Under the pieces are notes generated by a model. The model was not told the DNA's origin and ran no database searches. It saw nothing but the letters and a program-made list of their open reading frames with translations. 64,000 bases of DNA, from positions 1 through 64,000 of IMG/VR virus record IMGVR_UViG_3300025921_000002, one strand, 5' to 3'. Shown here in pieces: positions 1-9,417 of the stretch. The number at the start of each line of letters is the position of its first letter. The first letter of the stretch is position 1. Source of the DNA: a virus. The position numbers were made by a program, and so were the translations under genes.

Positions 1-175
1 GCCGGAGTTCCAGTTGCCGGAGTTCCTGTCGCCGGAGTTCCTGTAGCCGGAGTTACTGTCGCCGGAGTTCCAGTTGCCGGAGTTCCAGTTGCCGGAGTTC
101 CAGTTGCCGGAGTTCCAGTTGCCGGAGTTCCTGTAGCCGGAGTTCCAGTTGCCGGAGTTACTGTTGCCGGAGTTC
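1..175. repeat. 15-bp tandem repeat (gccggagtt[c/a]c[a/t]gt[t/c/a]), about 11.5 copies, coding on the - strand
   Basis: Directly visible; 15-nt period equals a 5-aa repeat. Confidence 0.97.
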
Positions 176-501
176 TTTAAACCAGTATTATCTTTACCAC
201 TATTAACAATCCCCAAAACCTCAATCCATGACAATTCACGTATCAATTCTATTTTATAGGTGCAGTGCTTATCACCATCTATTATAGGTGTTCCATGGTC
301 GATTATTTCAAACACCCGATTTTTTGAATCGAATGAATAATAACCGAAACAATCTGCGGCAATGGGGCAGTAGTGAAACCCACGTTCACATATTTCTATA
401 GAACCTTTATGGGTGTAAACTTTGTTTAGCTCATATTGAAATGAGCGGCAATTCATGTTTTCATCGGTTACCTTGTAACCTTTTTTAATTTGATTTTCCA
501 T
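1..501 (-). CDS. Phage pentapeptide-repeat protein, truncated at the left window edge (missing from the ORF track)
   Basis: ATG at 501; reads MENQIKKGYKVTDENMNCRSFQYELNKVY...ICERGFHYC...IELIRELSW, then (N/D/Y)(W/R/S)NSG repeats to the edge with no stop. The N-terminal GYK..CR.FQY..C..GFH.C pattern is typical of this phage family. Confidence 0.85.
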   Translation of the reverse strand, partial: MENQIKKGYKVTDENMNCRSFQYELNKVYTHKGSIEICERGFHYCPIAADCFGYYSFDSKNRVFEIIDHGTPIIDGDKHCTYKIELIRELSWIEVLGIVNSGKDNTGLKNSGNSNSGNWNSGYRNSGNWNSGNWNSGNWNSGNWNSGDSNSGYRNSGDRNSGNWNSG

Positions 502-531
502 TGTTTTGAAAGCTTTTAATTTTGTATGGAA

Positions 532-618
532 CAAATGTATAAAATAGTTTTTAAATACGCAACAATTATTTTTTAATAATTTTTAATTTGCAATTATCAT
601 TTATACTTTTTACCTTTA
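532..618. promoter_or_regulatory. Divergent Bacteroidota-type promoters
   Basis: -7 boxes TACATTTG (-, 532-539) and TACCTTTA (+, 611-618) in an AT-rich gap between divergent ORFs. Confidence 0.6.
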
Positions 619-671
619 CAGTCGTTAACCGGAGCAATAGTTCCTATACTTATTTTAAAAACCTAAAAAAG

Positions 672-965
672 ATGATGACAACAACTTACGGGGGCAACCC
701 ACGGTACTTGCACGAACTACCTGACGGAACATTTTTCGGTAGCCCGTTTGAATCGTTTTTACAGCTGGAATTAAATCAGCTATATCACGAAAAGCTACAG
801 CGATATAGTTCGGCTTTCATCGGCCCCGATTATATTAGGCTTACGGTCGGCGGTAGCGTGGATGAAGTTGTGGCTTCCATTCGGAATATAGTAGGTTCGG
901 ATTATATTGTACACGGAAGCAAGTATGGTTTCAATAAAAATATAACAATAAAAGTTAAGCCATGA
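672..965 (+). CDS. Hypothetical protein (probable start 672)
   Basis: ORF with A-rich leader before ATG 672; overlaps the next ORF by 4 nt. Confidence 0.6.
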   Translation: MMTTTYGGNPRYLHELPDGTFFGSPFESFLQLELNQLYHEKLQRYSSAFIGPDYIRLTVGGSVDEVVASIRNIVGSDYIVHGSKYGFNKNITIKVKP

Positions 966-1967
966 GTAATTTAATAACACAAGCCGCAGATAAAGCCATT
1001 GAGGACTTTAAATACCGTGAAGCATTCGCATTTATAGTCGGTTATATAACCGCTGGCAAGAATTTGGATCAGCCATTAAGCCCTAAAATGTTATTTCAGC
1101 GGGTTTATGACCATTACGGCATTGCACCGATACCTTCTATCTGCGAAGAACTCGGTTTAATTATTAAAGAGCCTAACGACACTAAAAAGTAAAAACCATG
1201 AACGCAAAACCACAAACATTAACCGTAGTCACTCCCAAAGAAAAGCCGACCGGGAAAAAGACAATGAAACAACTGACAGGCAGAAGATATGTTAAGCCTG
1301 TTTTAAACCCACCCGTATTTGGCGAGGAACTGGTTGACTTCAAAGTTAAAGGACTTTTTTGGATGGGTGTTAAACTTTATGAAAGATAAACCACTACATT
1401 ATTGGTTACCACCTCGTATTATAAAGCTAATAAAAGCAGGCAACGTGCGGGTGTATAAGTCGTTGAAGGAATTTAAAGAACGTAACAATGGTGAAGAAAA
1501 CCGATGCGAGAGATAAAATACTCTTTAAACATTATACGTATCGCGGCGGCGCTGAATATGTTGATATTATTACGGCAATGGAGGAATACGCAAACTATAA
1601 AATAAAACCCCTTTTAAAGCGAATAGAAAAATTAAAACAAAATGGCAAAATCAACTAACTGGACACTTTCAGATGCTAACAAAAAATAGAAAAAATGGAT
1701 AATTGGAGTAAAGGTGACGTAAAGTTTAACTTAGGTAAAAAGCCTATTTCGTTCAGTATTTATAATAATCTCCCGAATGTTCCGGGGCTAAGATTAGAAG
1801 ATGCTGTAACTAACTGGCTTGCCCGCACAGACGAATATACGGATGAATCCCTGTGTGCCTATATAATGAGCAAAGATATTAACCTGCGGGCTTATACGGC
1901 TTCTCAATTTGCTAATATACTTTTAGAAATAATGAAAGAAGAAAAACTTGAAGAAGATGGACAATAG
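962..1967 (+). other. Run of small hypothetical genes (962-1192, 1198-1389, ~1379-1516, 1488-1658, 1695-1967)
   Basis: Tightly packed or overlapping short ORFs typical of a phage operon. Confidence 0.6.
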
Positions 1968-2502
1968 CGAATTATCAGCATGGGCTAAAAAAGGCTATGT
2001 TGAATCTAATGGTAAACTTGTACGGGCTTCATCACTGGTAGTTAAAAATGTGAGTAAGTTGCCGGATTTAATGGCTGAATTTGGTGATACTACCTCTAAG
2101 ATTTCAGTTAATAAGAAAGTCCGTAATGCAACTAAGGTTGAAGCCGATGGGGTGAAGTTTGATAGCCGTCTTGAAAAGACCATGTACGACCTTTTAAAAG
2201 GCGCAGGGATTGAGTTTGAATTTCAAAAGGTCTATACCCTTCAAGAAAAGTTCCGTTATGGTACAGAGGCTATTAGGGCTATAACGTGCCGCGTAGATTT
2301 TTACATACCTTCAAAAACGCTGCTTATAGATACAAAGGGCTATGCGAACGATGTTTCACCTATAAAATACAAGATGCTTAAAAATCTATTGTATGAGCAG
2401 TTTGAGGCCGGATATTATAACCTTTTGCCAAATATCGAAATGCCAAAGAACATCAAAGATTGCGAGGCGCTAATCAATAAACTAAAGTACTCAAATATTT
2501 GA
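1948..2502 (+). CDS. DUF1064-like PD-(D/E)xK endonuclease
   Basis: K.RNATKVEADGVKFDSRLE, FQKVYTLQEKF, VDFYIP and IDTKG motifs. Confidence 0.75.
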   Translation: MKKMDNSELSAWAKKGYVESNGKLVRASSLVVKNVSKLPDLMAEFGDTTSKISVNKKVRNATKVEADGVKFDSRLEKTMYDLLKGAGIEFEFQKVYTLQEKFRYGTEAIRAITCRVDFYIPSKTLLIDTKGYANDVSPIKYKMLKNLLYEQFEAGYYNLLPNIEMPKNIKDCEALINKLKYSNI

Positions 2503-2532
2503 TAATAAGCAACTAAAATCGTAACTTATAAC

Positions 2533-2748
2533 GTGAATAGATGTAAAATAATGGACGTAATTGAAGTAAGCGCCCTGTGTGTCACATTCCAAAAACGAAT
2601 ACTTCAATACGGTGGCAGACAAGCAACTTTAGAAGCGATAGAACAAGAGCAACAAACTAAATATGAACCACCAAAACCAAAGTTTATATGGCCTCAAACA
2701 AAATATGGCCGAGCAAAAGCAAGGATGACTTACTTAAAAAACCTATAA
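2533..2748 (+). CDS. Hypothetical protein
   Basis: ORF within the operon. Confidence 0.5.
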   Translation: MNRCKIMDVIEVSALCVTFQKRILQYGGRQATLEAIEQEQQTKYEPPKPKFIWPQTKYGRAKARMTYLKNL

Positions 2749-2751
2749 ATT

Positions 2752-3375
2752 ATGAACACACCAAATTTAGCCAAGGCAGTAATAGCTGTAATGACCGCCG
2801 TAAAGGGGATAGAAAAATCCATGACGGTAGGAACGGGCAATAATTCCTACAAGGGTATTGCCGATAAAGACGTTAAACAGGACATAGGAAAGGCGATGCA
2901 AGCAAACGGCCTGTGCATTCTTCCCATTGGCGTAGAAGCTAAAACGCAAATTGACCGATGGGAAGAAAGTTATAACGGTCAGGCAAAGCAAAAGCAATCG
3001 GTATTAACCGAAGTGGTAACCAAATACCTGCTATTACACGAAAGCGGGGAAAGCATTGAACTGGCGGGTTACGGACACGGCATTGACAGCCAAGACAAAG
3101 CCGCAGGCAAGGCAACAACCTACGCCCTTAAATACACGTTGCTTTACACCTTTATGGTTGCTACGGGTAAGATAGACGACACGGATAACGAGCATTCAGA
3201 TACTAAGGATGTACCAAAGCCATTACCGGGATTATTGCCGGGGACAGACGCATGGGCCAAAGCTGTGGTTTACCTGTCCAAAGACGGAAATGTGGGTGAG
3301 ATAAAGAAGAAATACTATATCGCACCTGACCACGAACAAAAGTTAATGAATGAATCACTTTTAGCAATTCAATAA
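2752..3375 (+). CDS. erf: ERF-family ssDNA-annealing recombinase
   Basis: DSQDKAAGKATTYALKYTLL..F..ATG..DDTD matches the ERF signature G..TYA.(R/K)Y.L...F......D.D. Confidence 0.85.
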   Translation: MNTPNLAKAVIAVMTAVKGIEKSMTVGTGNNSYKGIADKDVKQDIGKAMQANGLCILPIGVEAKTQIDRWEESYNGQAKQKQSVLTEVVTKYLLLHESGESIELAGYGHGIDSQDKAAGKATTYALKYTLLYTFMVATGKIDDTDNEHSDTKDVPKPLPGLLPGTDAWAKAVVYLSKDGNVGEIKKKYYIAPDHEQKLMNESLLAIQ

Positions 3376-3376
3376 C

Positions 3377-3904
3377 ATGAGCGCATCAAAACAGGGATTT
3401 CAGGAAATACGGCAAAGTGCCGGGGATGAAAGAGATTATTTACCCGCTCCGCAGGCGTTACAGAACGGTATCGTAACCCTAAAAACAATAGGGGGTGATG
3501 GTATAGACGAGTTAGCTAAAGAGTTCGTGGCGCGTTATACGGACGGGAATCACAGCCCCGCAGAGGGGTTGGCTTTAGCTAAGAAGTTAGGCGACTTTGT
3601 GGAGTTGGTAAAGGCTAACATTTCAGATAACGCCACTAATGAACTAAAGTTAGGAAAAGGCGAAAAAGCTACGGTAGCCGGAATGGTTGTTAGTGAGCAA
3701 ATGGCAGGCGTTCGCTATGACTACACGGTTTGTAAGGACGTTTTATGGGACAAGTACAATAAGCTGAAAGGTGAACGTGAGGAGTTCTTAAAAACGGTCA
3801 AAGGACAGGTTATAACAGGCGACCCTGAAACAGGGGAAACATGGATGGCACATGAACCGTCTAAATCGGGTAAAATGACTTTGATATTTAAATATCCGAA
3901 GTAA
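3377..3904 (+). CDS. Phage hypothetical protein in the recombination module
   Basis: 175-aa ORF directly after erf. Confidence 0.7.
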   Translation: MSASKQGFQEIRQSAGDERDYLPAPQALQNGIVTLKTIGGDGIDELAKEFVARYTDGNHSPAEGLALAKKLGDFVELVKANISDNATNELKLGKGEKATVAGMVVSEQMAGVRYDYTVCKDVLWDKYNKLKGEREEFLKTVKGQVITGDPETGETWMAHEPSKSGKMTLIFKYPK

Positions 3905-4353
3905 TGCCAGTTAGAAATTACGATGCCATTATCGAAAACGGTACTTACAATTTCGTACACAAAACTTATGTGCTACGGGATATAGCAGAATCCTTTGAAG
4001 ATAAAGACAAAGTAACCATAACGATTAAAAGCCGAAGGAAGCCCCGGAGCTTAAAGCAGAACGCCTACATGCACATGTGTATGCAGATGATAGCGGACGA
4101 AACAGGTAATAGCTTAGAGCGCGTAAAAAGCACGTTAAAAGCGATGTACGCTAAAAAACCTTTACTGGATAAAGAAGGTGAGCAAATATTTGACCCGACA
4201 ACGGGCGAAGCAGTATTTTATATTCAGAACACGTCTGATTTTAGTACGATTGAGGCTTTTGAGTTTACCGAGAATGTCAGAATGTTCGCACAGGATTTTT
4301 GCAACCTTTACGTACCGTTACCTGATGAAAATATTGAACTGCCTTTGAAATGA
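3904..4353 (+). CDS. NinB/Orf-like recombination accessory protein
   Basis: KPRSLKQNAYMH...IADETG...TSDFSTIEAFEF..V..FA....Y.PLP pattern. Confidence 0.7.
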   Translation: MPVRNYDAIIENGTYNFVHKTYVLRDIAESFEDKDKVTITIKSRRKPRSLKQNAYMHMCMQMIADETGNSLERVKSTLKAMYAKKPLLDKEGEQIFDPTTGEAVFYIQNTSDFSTIEAFEFTENVRMFAQDFCNLYVPLPDENIELPLK

Positions 4354-4387
4354 CAGTTTTAAAAACAATTAGTTACGACCCTAAACT

Positions 4388-4848
4388 ATGATTTACGCTA
4401 TTATAAAGTTCTCACAGCCATTTAACCCACAGGTGGTAAAAGATATTTGCTTAGAATATAATATAGTGGCTATGGTAATGAATTTAAAAGAAAATGAATG
4501 GTGTTTAGAGACGGAGGATGCCGCTAACTTCTTTTGGTTCGGGTATGACTATCAGAAAAAGTTTTCAGACTGGTACAGGAATAACTCAATGGTGGTGCTG
4601 GACTTTAAAAGTAAGCAGTTTGGCAGTGAAAAGAAACGTTACGCTAAAAGAAAATGAACTTGCCTGACCATATAATTAAAAAGAATGACAAGTGGTATTT
4701 AAATACTAAAACGTCAAAGTACATTTCGGCTGATTACATCGAAACGTGGCTTGAAAATTATTGGAAATACCACAGTTCAGATAATGTTAAACCGAGATTA
4801 AGTTACGAAAAAAATATCAAATTAGCAAAGAAAAGATGGGATATATAG
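4388..4848 (+). other. Two small hypothetical genes (4388-4657, 4654-4848)
   Basis: ATGA-overlapping ORFs. Confidence 0.55.
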
Positions 4849-4852
4849 GGCT

Positions 4853-4911
4853 AAAAAAAGGAAAAGCCCCATCGGGGTGACGGAGCCTGAATCCTATTAT
4901 GGACGTATGCT
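4853..4911 (-). ncRNA. Putative ~60-nt antisense sRNA
   Basis: Consensus promoter TTTG(4946-4943)-N19-TACTTTTG(4923-4916). The transcript AGCAUACGUCC... ends in a GGCUCCGUC/GAUGGGGCU hairpin followed by U-runs. Confidence 0.6.
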
Positions 4912-4964
4912 GTAACAAAAGTAACAAAAAATTTGCCAAAGTCAAAACTATTTTTTAAATTAGC

Positions 4965-5300
4965 ATGTCGGTTGTATTCATTGTACCGACAGGACGTATG
5001 CTAAAGTCCGCACAAAAACAATAGTCGAAAGTCACGTTACAGCATAAATAGTCCCGCACTGACTTACAAGGTGTCAACGGGCGAACTGATGGGCACGACC
5101 GAGAGCTGTAAATGGTCAATCTAATAGGAGGTACGGGTTACCACCAAAGGGTATTGAAATAAGAAAACGACAAGTAGGCACGAATGGTGAAGGCAAAAAA
5201 TAAAAAAGTTATTTTGATTAAACCATTAAACTCATTGAAAGGAATAAGGTGTTCCCCACCCCTATCAGGAGTATAGACCTTGCTTTGACTAATGATTAAA
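4965..5300 (+). ncRNA. Putative structured leader or ncRNA
   Basis: ORF-free on +. Promoter TTTG(4932)-N20-TAAATTAG(4956). Hairpins tgtcggt/accgaca and ggac-gtatgctaaa-gtcc. Confidence 0.45.
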
Positions 5301-5345
5301 ATATTAATTTTAAATAGCAATCTATTCACTAAACTTTAAAACAAA

Positions 5346-5576
5346 ATGAACTGGATAAAAGCCACAGACCCGGACACATCGCCACCGCAGAATGATAATT
5401 ACGATTGCTCAACTTATAAAGTTCCTGTTATATACCTGACATCTCAAGGGTATAGGGATATTAGCTGTGCATGGGCAGATGTGCAAGACGGTGATATACT
5501 TTGGTTTTGCGATGCTAAAAATTGTGACAGGGTTTTATTTTGGTTAGACAACGTACCTGAATGGGATAAATTATGA
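5346..5576 (+). CDS. Small protein, DUF551-like
   Basis: MNWIK.....PP N-terminus and V.FW...P C-terminus. Confidence 0.45.
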   Translation: MNWIKATDPDTSPPQNDNYDCSTYKVPVIYLTSQGYRDISCAWADVQDGDILWFCDAKNCDRVLFWLDNVPEWDKL

Positions 5577-6013
5577 TGTATTGTCAACCAACCACCTTTA
5601 CAGGCTTACAGCCCTACTCTTTAAAGCCTAAGCCCTGCACTAAGTGCGAAGCTGTAATAAAGAGACGTGAACGCTTTAAAGCCAAACTAAAGCCATTTGT
5701 GGAAGTGTACGGGCGTGAAATGATGAATGCTTTTTACGCTTATTGGAGTGAGTTAAATAAAAGCGGTACAAAGATGCGTTGGGAACTGGAAAAGATTTGG
5801 CAGTTGAATTTAAGACTTTCGAGATGGGAGAAAAACCAAAAGTTTACAACCACACCTAAACAGCAGGCAGAGTTTTTAAACTACTACGATGCGAAGTTTG
5901 AAAAAAGTCTGACAGACGTAGATAAAATGAGATACACCCAATTTTTAATTAAATTAGGATGGATACAAAGAAAAACACATGAAGGCTCTTTTGCGGGCTG
6001 GATAAAACCTTAA
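5573..6013 (+). CDS. Protein resembling the C-terminal domain of Bacteroidota phage replication-initiation proteins
   Basis: YGREMMNAFYAYWSELNKSGTKMRWELEKIW....RL.RW motif; no N-terminal wHTH. Confidence 0.6.
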   Translation: MMYCQPTTFTGLQPYSLKPKPCTKCEAVIKRRERFKAKLKPFVEVYGREMMNAFYAYWSELNKSGTKMRWELEKIWQLNLRLSRWEKNQKFTTTPKQQAEFLNYYDAKFEKSLTDVDKMRYTQFLIKLGWIQRKTHEGSFAGWIKP

Positions 6014-6017
6014 TAAC

Positions 6018-6569
6018 ATGGATTTAGAAATAACCAAGCCGATACATAACGGTGATTACGTAGAAGATTTCCCGCATGAAAATGGCATGTATATGCACAT
6101 TTGTGTTAATTGTAAAGAGAAATTCTTAGGACATAAAAGACGAATTCATTGCAAGACGTGCGATTTAACCAACAGTCCAAGAGTAACATTTTCAGTACCG
6201 GAAATATATAGAGTAAAAACGGGTATCATGGCAAGTGACGAAAGTTACGGCTGTAATGGCGTTTTTATAATCCCAGTCAATTACGATGAACCCGGCGTGA
6301 AGTATTATCAATGCATAGTTTCGGATGGTATGGGTTGGCGACACGTGTCGGTTGTGATGGTTAATGAAAGGAAGGAATCATCAAACGTTTTGCCATCATG
6401 GGAAGATATGTGTTACCTTAAAGATTGTTTTTGGGATAAAGACCAATGCGTTGTTCAATATCACCCGCCAGAAACCGAGTACGTAAACAATCATAATTAC
6501 TGTCTGCATCTTTGGCAACCGACCGAATTTAAATTTCCAATGCCTGATAAAATAATGGTTGGCTTATGA
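6018..6569 (+). CDS. Conserved phage protein with N-terminal CxxC...CxxC zinc ribbon
   Basis: GWRHVSV...PSWEDMC..KD.FW.....VQYHP....YVNNH..CLHLW motif. Confidence 0.75.
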   Translation: MDLEITKPIHNGDYVEDFPHENGMYMHICVNCKEKFLGHKRRIHCKTCDLTNSPRVTFSVPEIYRVKTGIMASDESYGCNGVFIIPVNYDEPGVKYYQCIVSDGMGWRHVSVVMVNERKESSNVLPSWEDMCYLKDCFWDKDQCVVQYHPPETEYVNNHNYCLHLWQPTEFKFPMPDKIMVGL

Positions 6570-6810
6570 AGCAAATATGTTAAACCGTAACCCAACACCC
6601 GAAACAAAAGAACCTATGTGGAACACAGACAAAATACAAGCCTACTTTAAAAGAGAATTACCTAACGAAATACAACTCGATAGTGTTACCAAAATAACTA
6701 ATGTAAGGCGGTTTGTGGATAGTCATATAGCAGTTTTAAGGAACAAAGAAACTAATCCTACCTATTTGCCCTATTATCACAGGCTCTTACAGCTAACCAA
6801 ATTGTTATGA
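6559..6810 (+). CDS. Hypothetical protein
   Basis: ORF within the operon. Confidence 0.6.
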   Translation: MAYEANMLNRNPTPETKEPMWNTDKIQAYFKRELPNEIQLDSVTKITNVRRFVDSHIAVLRNKETNPTYLPYYHRLLQLTKLL

Positions 6811-7091
6811 GATGGTATAATTACATCATTTCCCGCGATCTAAAAGCATTCCATACAGGCTATTGCAAAGACATTATAAAAGCCATAAAGATGCACAAGG
6901 ACTTTCCGGGTATGGTATGGCCGCCACGTCCAAATCTATTAATTCATTTGGAAGCAAGTGCCACCGAAGATGAAGCGCGATGCAGATTAGAAGAAATAAT
7001 AAGTTTAACCCACGCCCAAAAGATAAAACTGGTAGAAACGAACAACCCGGACTTTTTAGAGTTGCAGCCCGGTGTAAACATAATCCTTTAA
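6807..7091 (+). CDS. Degenerate small GIY-YIG (UPF0213/YhbQ-like) protein
   Basis: YNYII...HTGY.KD..KA...H, L.HLE....DEA and K..LVE..NP.F.EL spacing; catalytic Arg apparently lost. Confidence 0.55.
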   Translation: MRWYNYIISRDLKAFHTGYCKDIIKAIKMHKDFPGMVWPPRPNLLIHLEASATEDEARCRLEEIISLTHAQKIKLVETNNPDFLELQPGVNIIL

Positions 7092-7102
7092 AAATCACAA
7101 TT

Positions 7103-7450
7103 ATGACCACAGAGTACTTTGTCGGTTTACCGATAGCAACGCAAAAGGTTTTTTTAAACGATGAGGCAGAGCCAAAAAAGGAAAGGATAACCCAAAAGAT
7201 TTTCGATAATTTTAAAGTTGATATTCTGTTAAAGGATAGTTCAATACGAACAAGGGATGCGGTTCTTGCGCGTCAAGTATCTATGTACTTCGTTAAGAAG
7301 CGCACAGCCTTATCATTAAAGCAAATAGGTGCTTATTTTGGCGGTCGTGACCACAGTACAGTTATTTATGCCATTGAGACCGTAAACGATCTTTATGACA
7401 CTAACAAAGGCTTTAGAACTCGCATTGACGAATTAAATATGGTGGTATGA
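7103..7450 (+). CDS. Stand-alone DnaA domain IV (C-terminal HTH) protein
   Basis: R.R..V.ARQVSMYF....T.LSLKQIG.YFGGRDHSTVIYA is the DnaA_C signature. Confidence 0.9.
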   Translation: MTTEYFVGLPIATQKVFLNDEAEPKKERITQKIFDNFKVDILLKDSSIRTRDAVLARQVSMYFVKKRTALSLKQIGAYFGGRDHSTVIYAIETVNDLYDTNKGFRTRIDELNMVV

Positions 7451-8025
7451 AATTAAAGGCCGGGACTGAATTTACGCGGAATGGAAAGCCCGTGTGGGTT
7501 GAACATGATTTACAGAATGGCTTTGTTAACGTTTGTGACGCCATTACAAGGCTACCAAGCGACAATTACGAAGTGGTTGGTATAGATACACTGTTCCCAA
7601 AAAATAATGGCTCTACGGGCAGGAAATTCGGCAGTACGTTTTTAAGAACTAGGCTAACACCCGAAAAGAAAAGCGAGAAAGAAGAAATGAGAGCTTTTTT
7701 TAAAAGCCTCGAAGTTCCTTTCAATTGTGCCGAATGTGGTAAGCCTTTATATGCTTATGGAGAGTTTGCTAAACGATGTGTTTCAGCACACATTTTGCCA
7801 AAAAATAGTTTTGAAAGTGTTAAAACGTGTGCGGATAATATCGTATATTTAGGTTGTGATTTGGTTGCAGGTGTATGTGATTGTCATACTTTTTACGATT
7901 ATTCCGTAGAGAACAGGATAAAGATGAAAATTTACCCGGCGATAGTTGAACGTTTTGAAACTAAACTTAAACACCTTTTGACCGATAAGGAATTAGTAGA
8001 CGCATTAGATTATTTAGGATTATGA
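7447..8025 (+). CDS. NinG/HNH-like zinc-binding nuclease
   Basis: CAECG...SAHILPK...NIVYL...CH..YD. Confidence 0.55.
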   Translation: MKLKAGTEFTRNGKPVWVEHDLQNGFVNVCDAITRLPSDNYEVVGIDTLFPKNNGSTGRKFGSTFLRTRLTPEKKSEKEEMRAFFKSLEVPFNCAECGKPLYAYGEFAKRCVSAHILPKNSFESVKTCADNIVYLGCDLVAGVCDCHTFYDYSVENRIKMKIYPAIVERFETKLKHLLTDKELVDALDYLGL

Positions 8026-8219
8026 AAATAGAACCTATAAGCACCGAGCTAAATCAGCAGTTGGTTGATTTACAAAGCGTGTACCGGGAAGAACTAAACA
8101 AAATGGGTATCCCTGAAAATTTAGAGGGTAAGATAACTAATCAGGTTGTTTCTACTAATGAAACAAGCAAGCATATTTATGAGGCTTATTTAAGCAGACT
8201 TAAAGCATTCTTGCGTTAG
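8022..8219 (+). CDS. Hypothetical protein
   Basis: Last ORF of the + operon. Confidence 0.5.
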   Translation: MKIEPISTELNQQLVDLQSVYREELNKMGIPENLEGKITNQVVSTNETSKHIYEAYLSRLKAFLR

Positions 8220-8292
8220 CGATTGAAGCGGCATCCTTTGCTTCTATCAGTAAAGATATAGCGGAAAGCGCGACCCGATAGGGTAACGCCCA
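8212..8292 (+). ncRNA. Flavo-1-like structured RNA / Bacteroidota intergenic repeat
   Basis: gcgttagcgattgaagcggcatccttt...aaagatatagcggaaagcgcgacccgatagggtaacgccc closely matches the Flavo-1 consensus as I recall it. Confidence 0.7.
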
Positions 8293-8743
8293 AAAATAAG
8301 AAAAGGCGGCTATTTCTAACCACCTTCAATTTAAGGCACCAAAGCTCAATTATAGGACACTTTCATTTCAAATGGTACTTAGATACCACTAACAAGATAA
8401 ACGTTAACTGATACGCTTATTAGATGCCTTCCTGAACAAATTAGTAAGGTCAAGTAATTCCTTAGACCAATTAACATTAATAAAAAGATAAGCAGCAGAT
8501 ACAATGAGTACCATACCGATAGTAAACTGTAAAAAGTTCATGCTGTAGCCTCCTCTAATAACCAGTCAATAATATAAACCAAGCGGTTTGATGGTTGATA
8601 ATCTGCATCAAAATCCTCTGTTTCGTCGAGGTGGAGGTCAATTTTTTCCCTAAACTCTTGTAAGAGCATTTTTAAATCGTGTGTCATTTGTTTTTAGGTT
8701 TTTAATTGTGTATATTTACGTTAGTTAAAATCGTTCATTGAAA

Positions 8744-9330
8744 TTAGATAGGGAATATGGTATAATTTGGTGTCCATTCTCCGCATAGGTCGCAGAGTAT
8801 TTTAGCAGCTTTAATCATTGTTTCGGCTGTATACTCTTTGTCGCCAGTCATTTCCAATAGTTCAAATGCTGCTCTATTTTGCTGCATAACTTCACTAACA
8901 ATTAAGTTAGCCAGTTTTACGGGATGACCTTCACTTTGCATGAAAAGCCATTTTTGATAAGCGGTTGCTTTCATCTTTTAAGCCCCCTGTAAAAATCCTG
9001 CTTCTCAGCATCGTTCATTAAAATGGTTTCAGGGTGGAATTCTTTATAAAAGTCGTCTGACTCTTTTTGAATATCATACAGAGCTTTAGCGTTTTTCATC
9101 CAAAAGTTTTGGTATGCTTCATCGGCTGTAACAAGTAAGAGATTGCCGCAATATTCGTTTATGTAGTTTTCGCAATCCTCGAAATCTTTCGGGAACATAG
9201 GTATATCCTCAATCTCGGTTGCCCCTGTTAATTCGTTTTCGTTATAGATTTTTTGTGTAAACTCTATAAATTGCTCGTCCGTGTCGAATTCCCATTTAAC
9301 GCCGTCGATGTTTTCTACTGTGGTTTTCAT
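8744..9330 (-). other. Two small early proteins (8744-8974, 8971-9330)
   Basis: Coupled ORFs with A-rich leaders; the second is very acidic. Confidence 0.65.
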
Positions 9331-9417
9331 GTTAATTTATTTGATTTTAAAGGTTTATTTGTCTATATTTATACAAAGTAAAATAACTGTTTTTGCTTTA
9401 GTTCTTTGACGTGTTAG

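Noticed and set aside
1-175. CRISPR array or DGR variable repeat
   Set aside because: Contiguous 15-bp coding units with no spacers; no cas gene, reverse transcriptase or template repeat in the window.
9400-9411. Second boxA-like GTTCTTTGAC
   Set aside because: On the strand opposite to local transcription.
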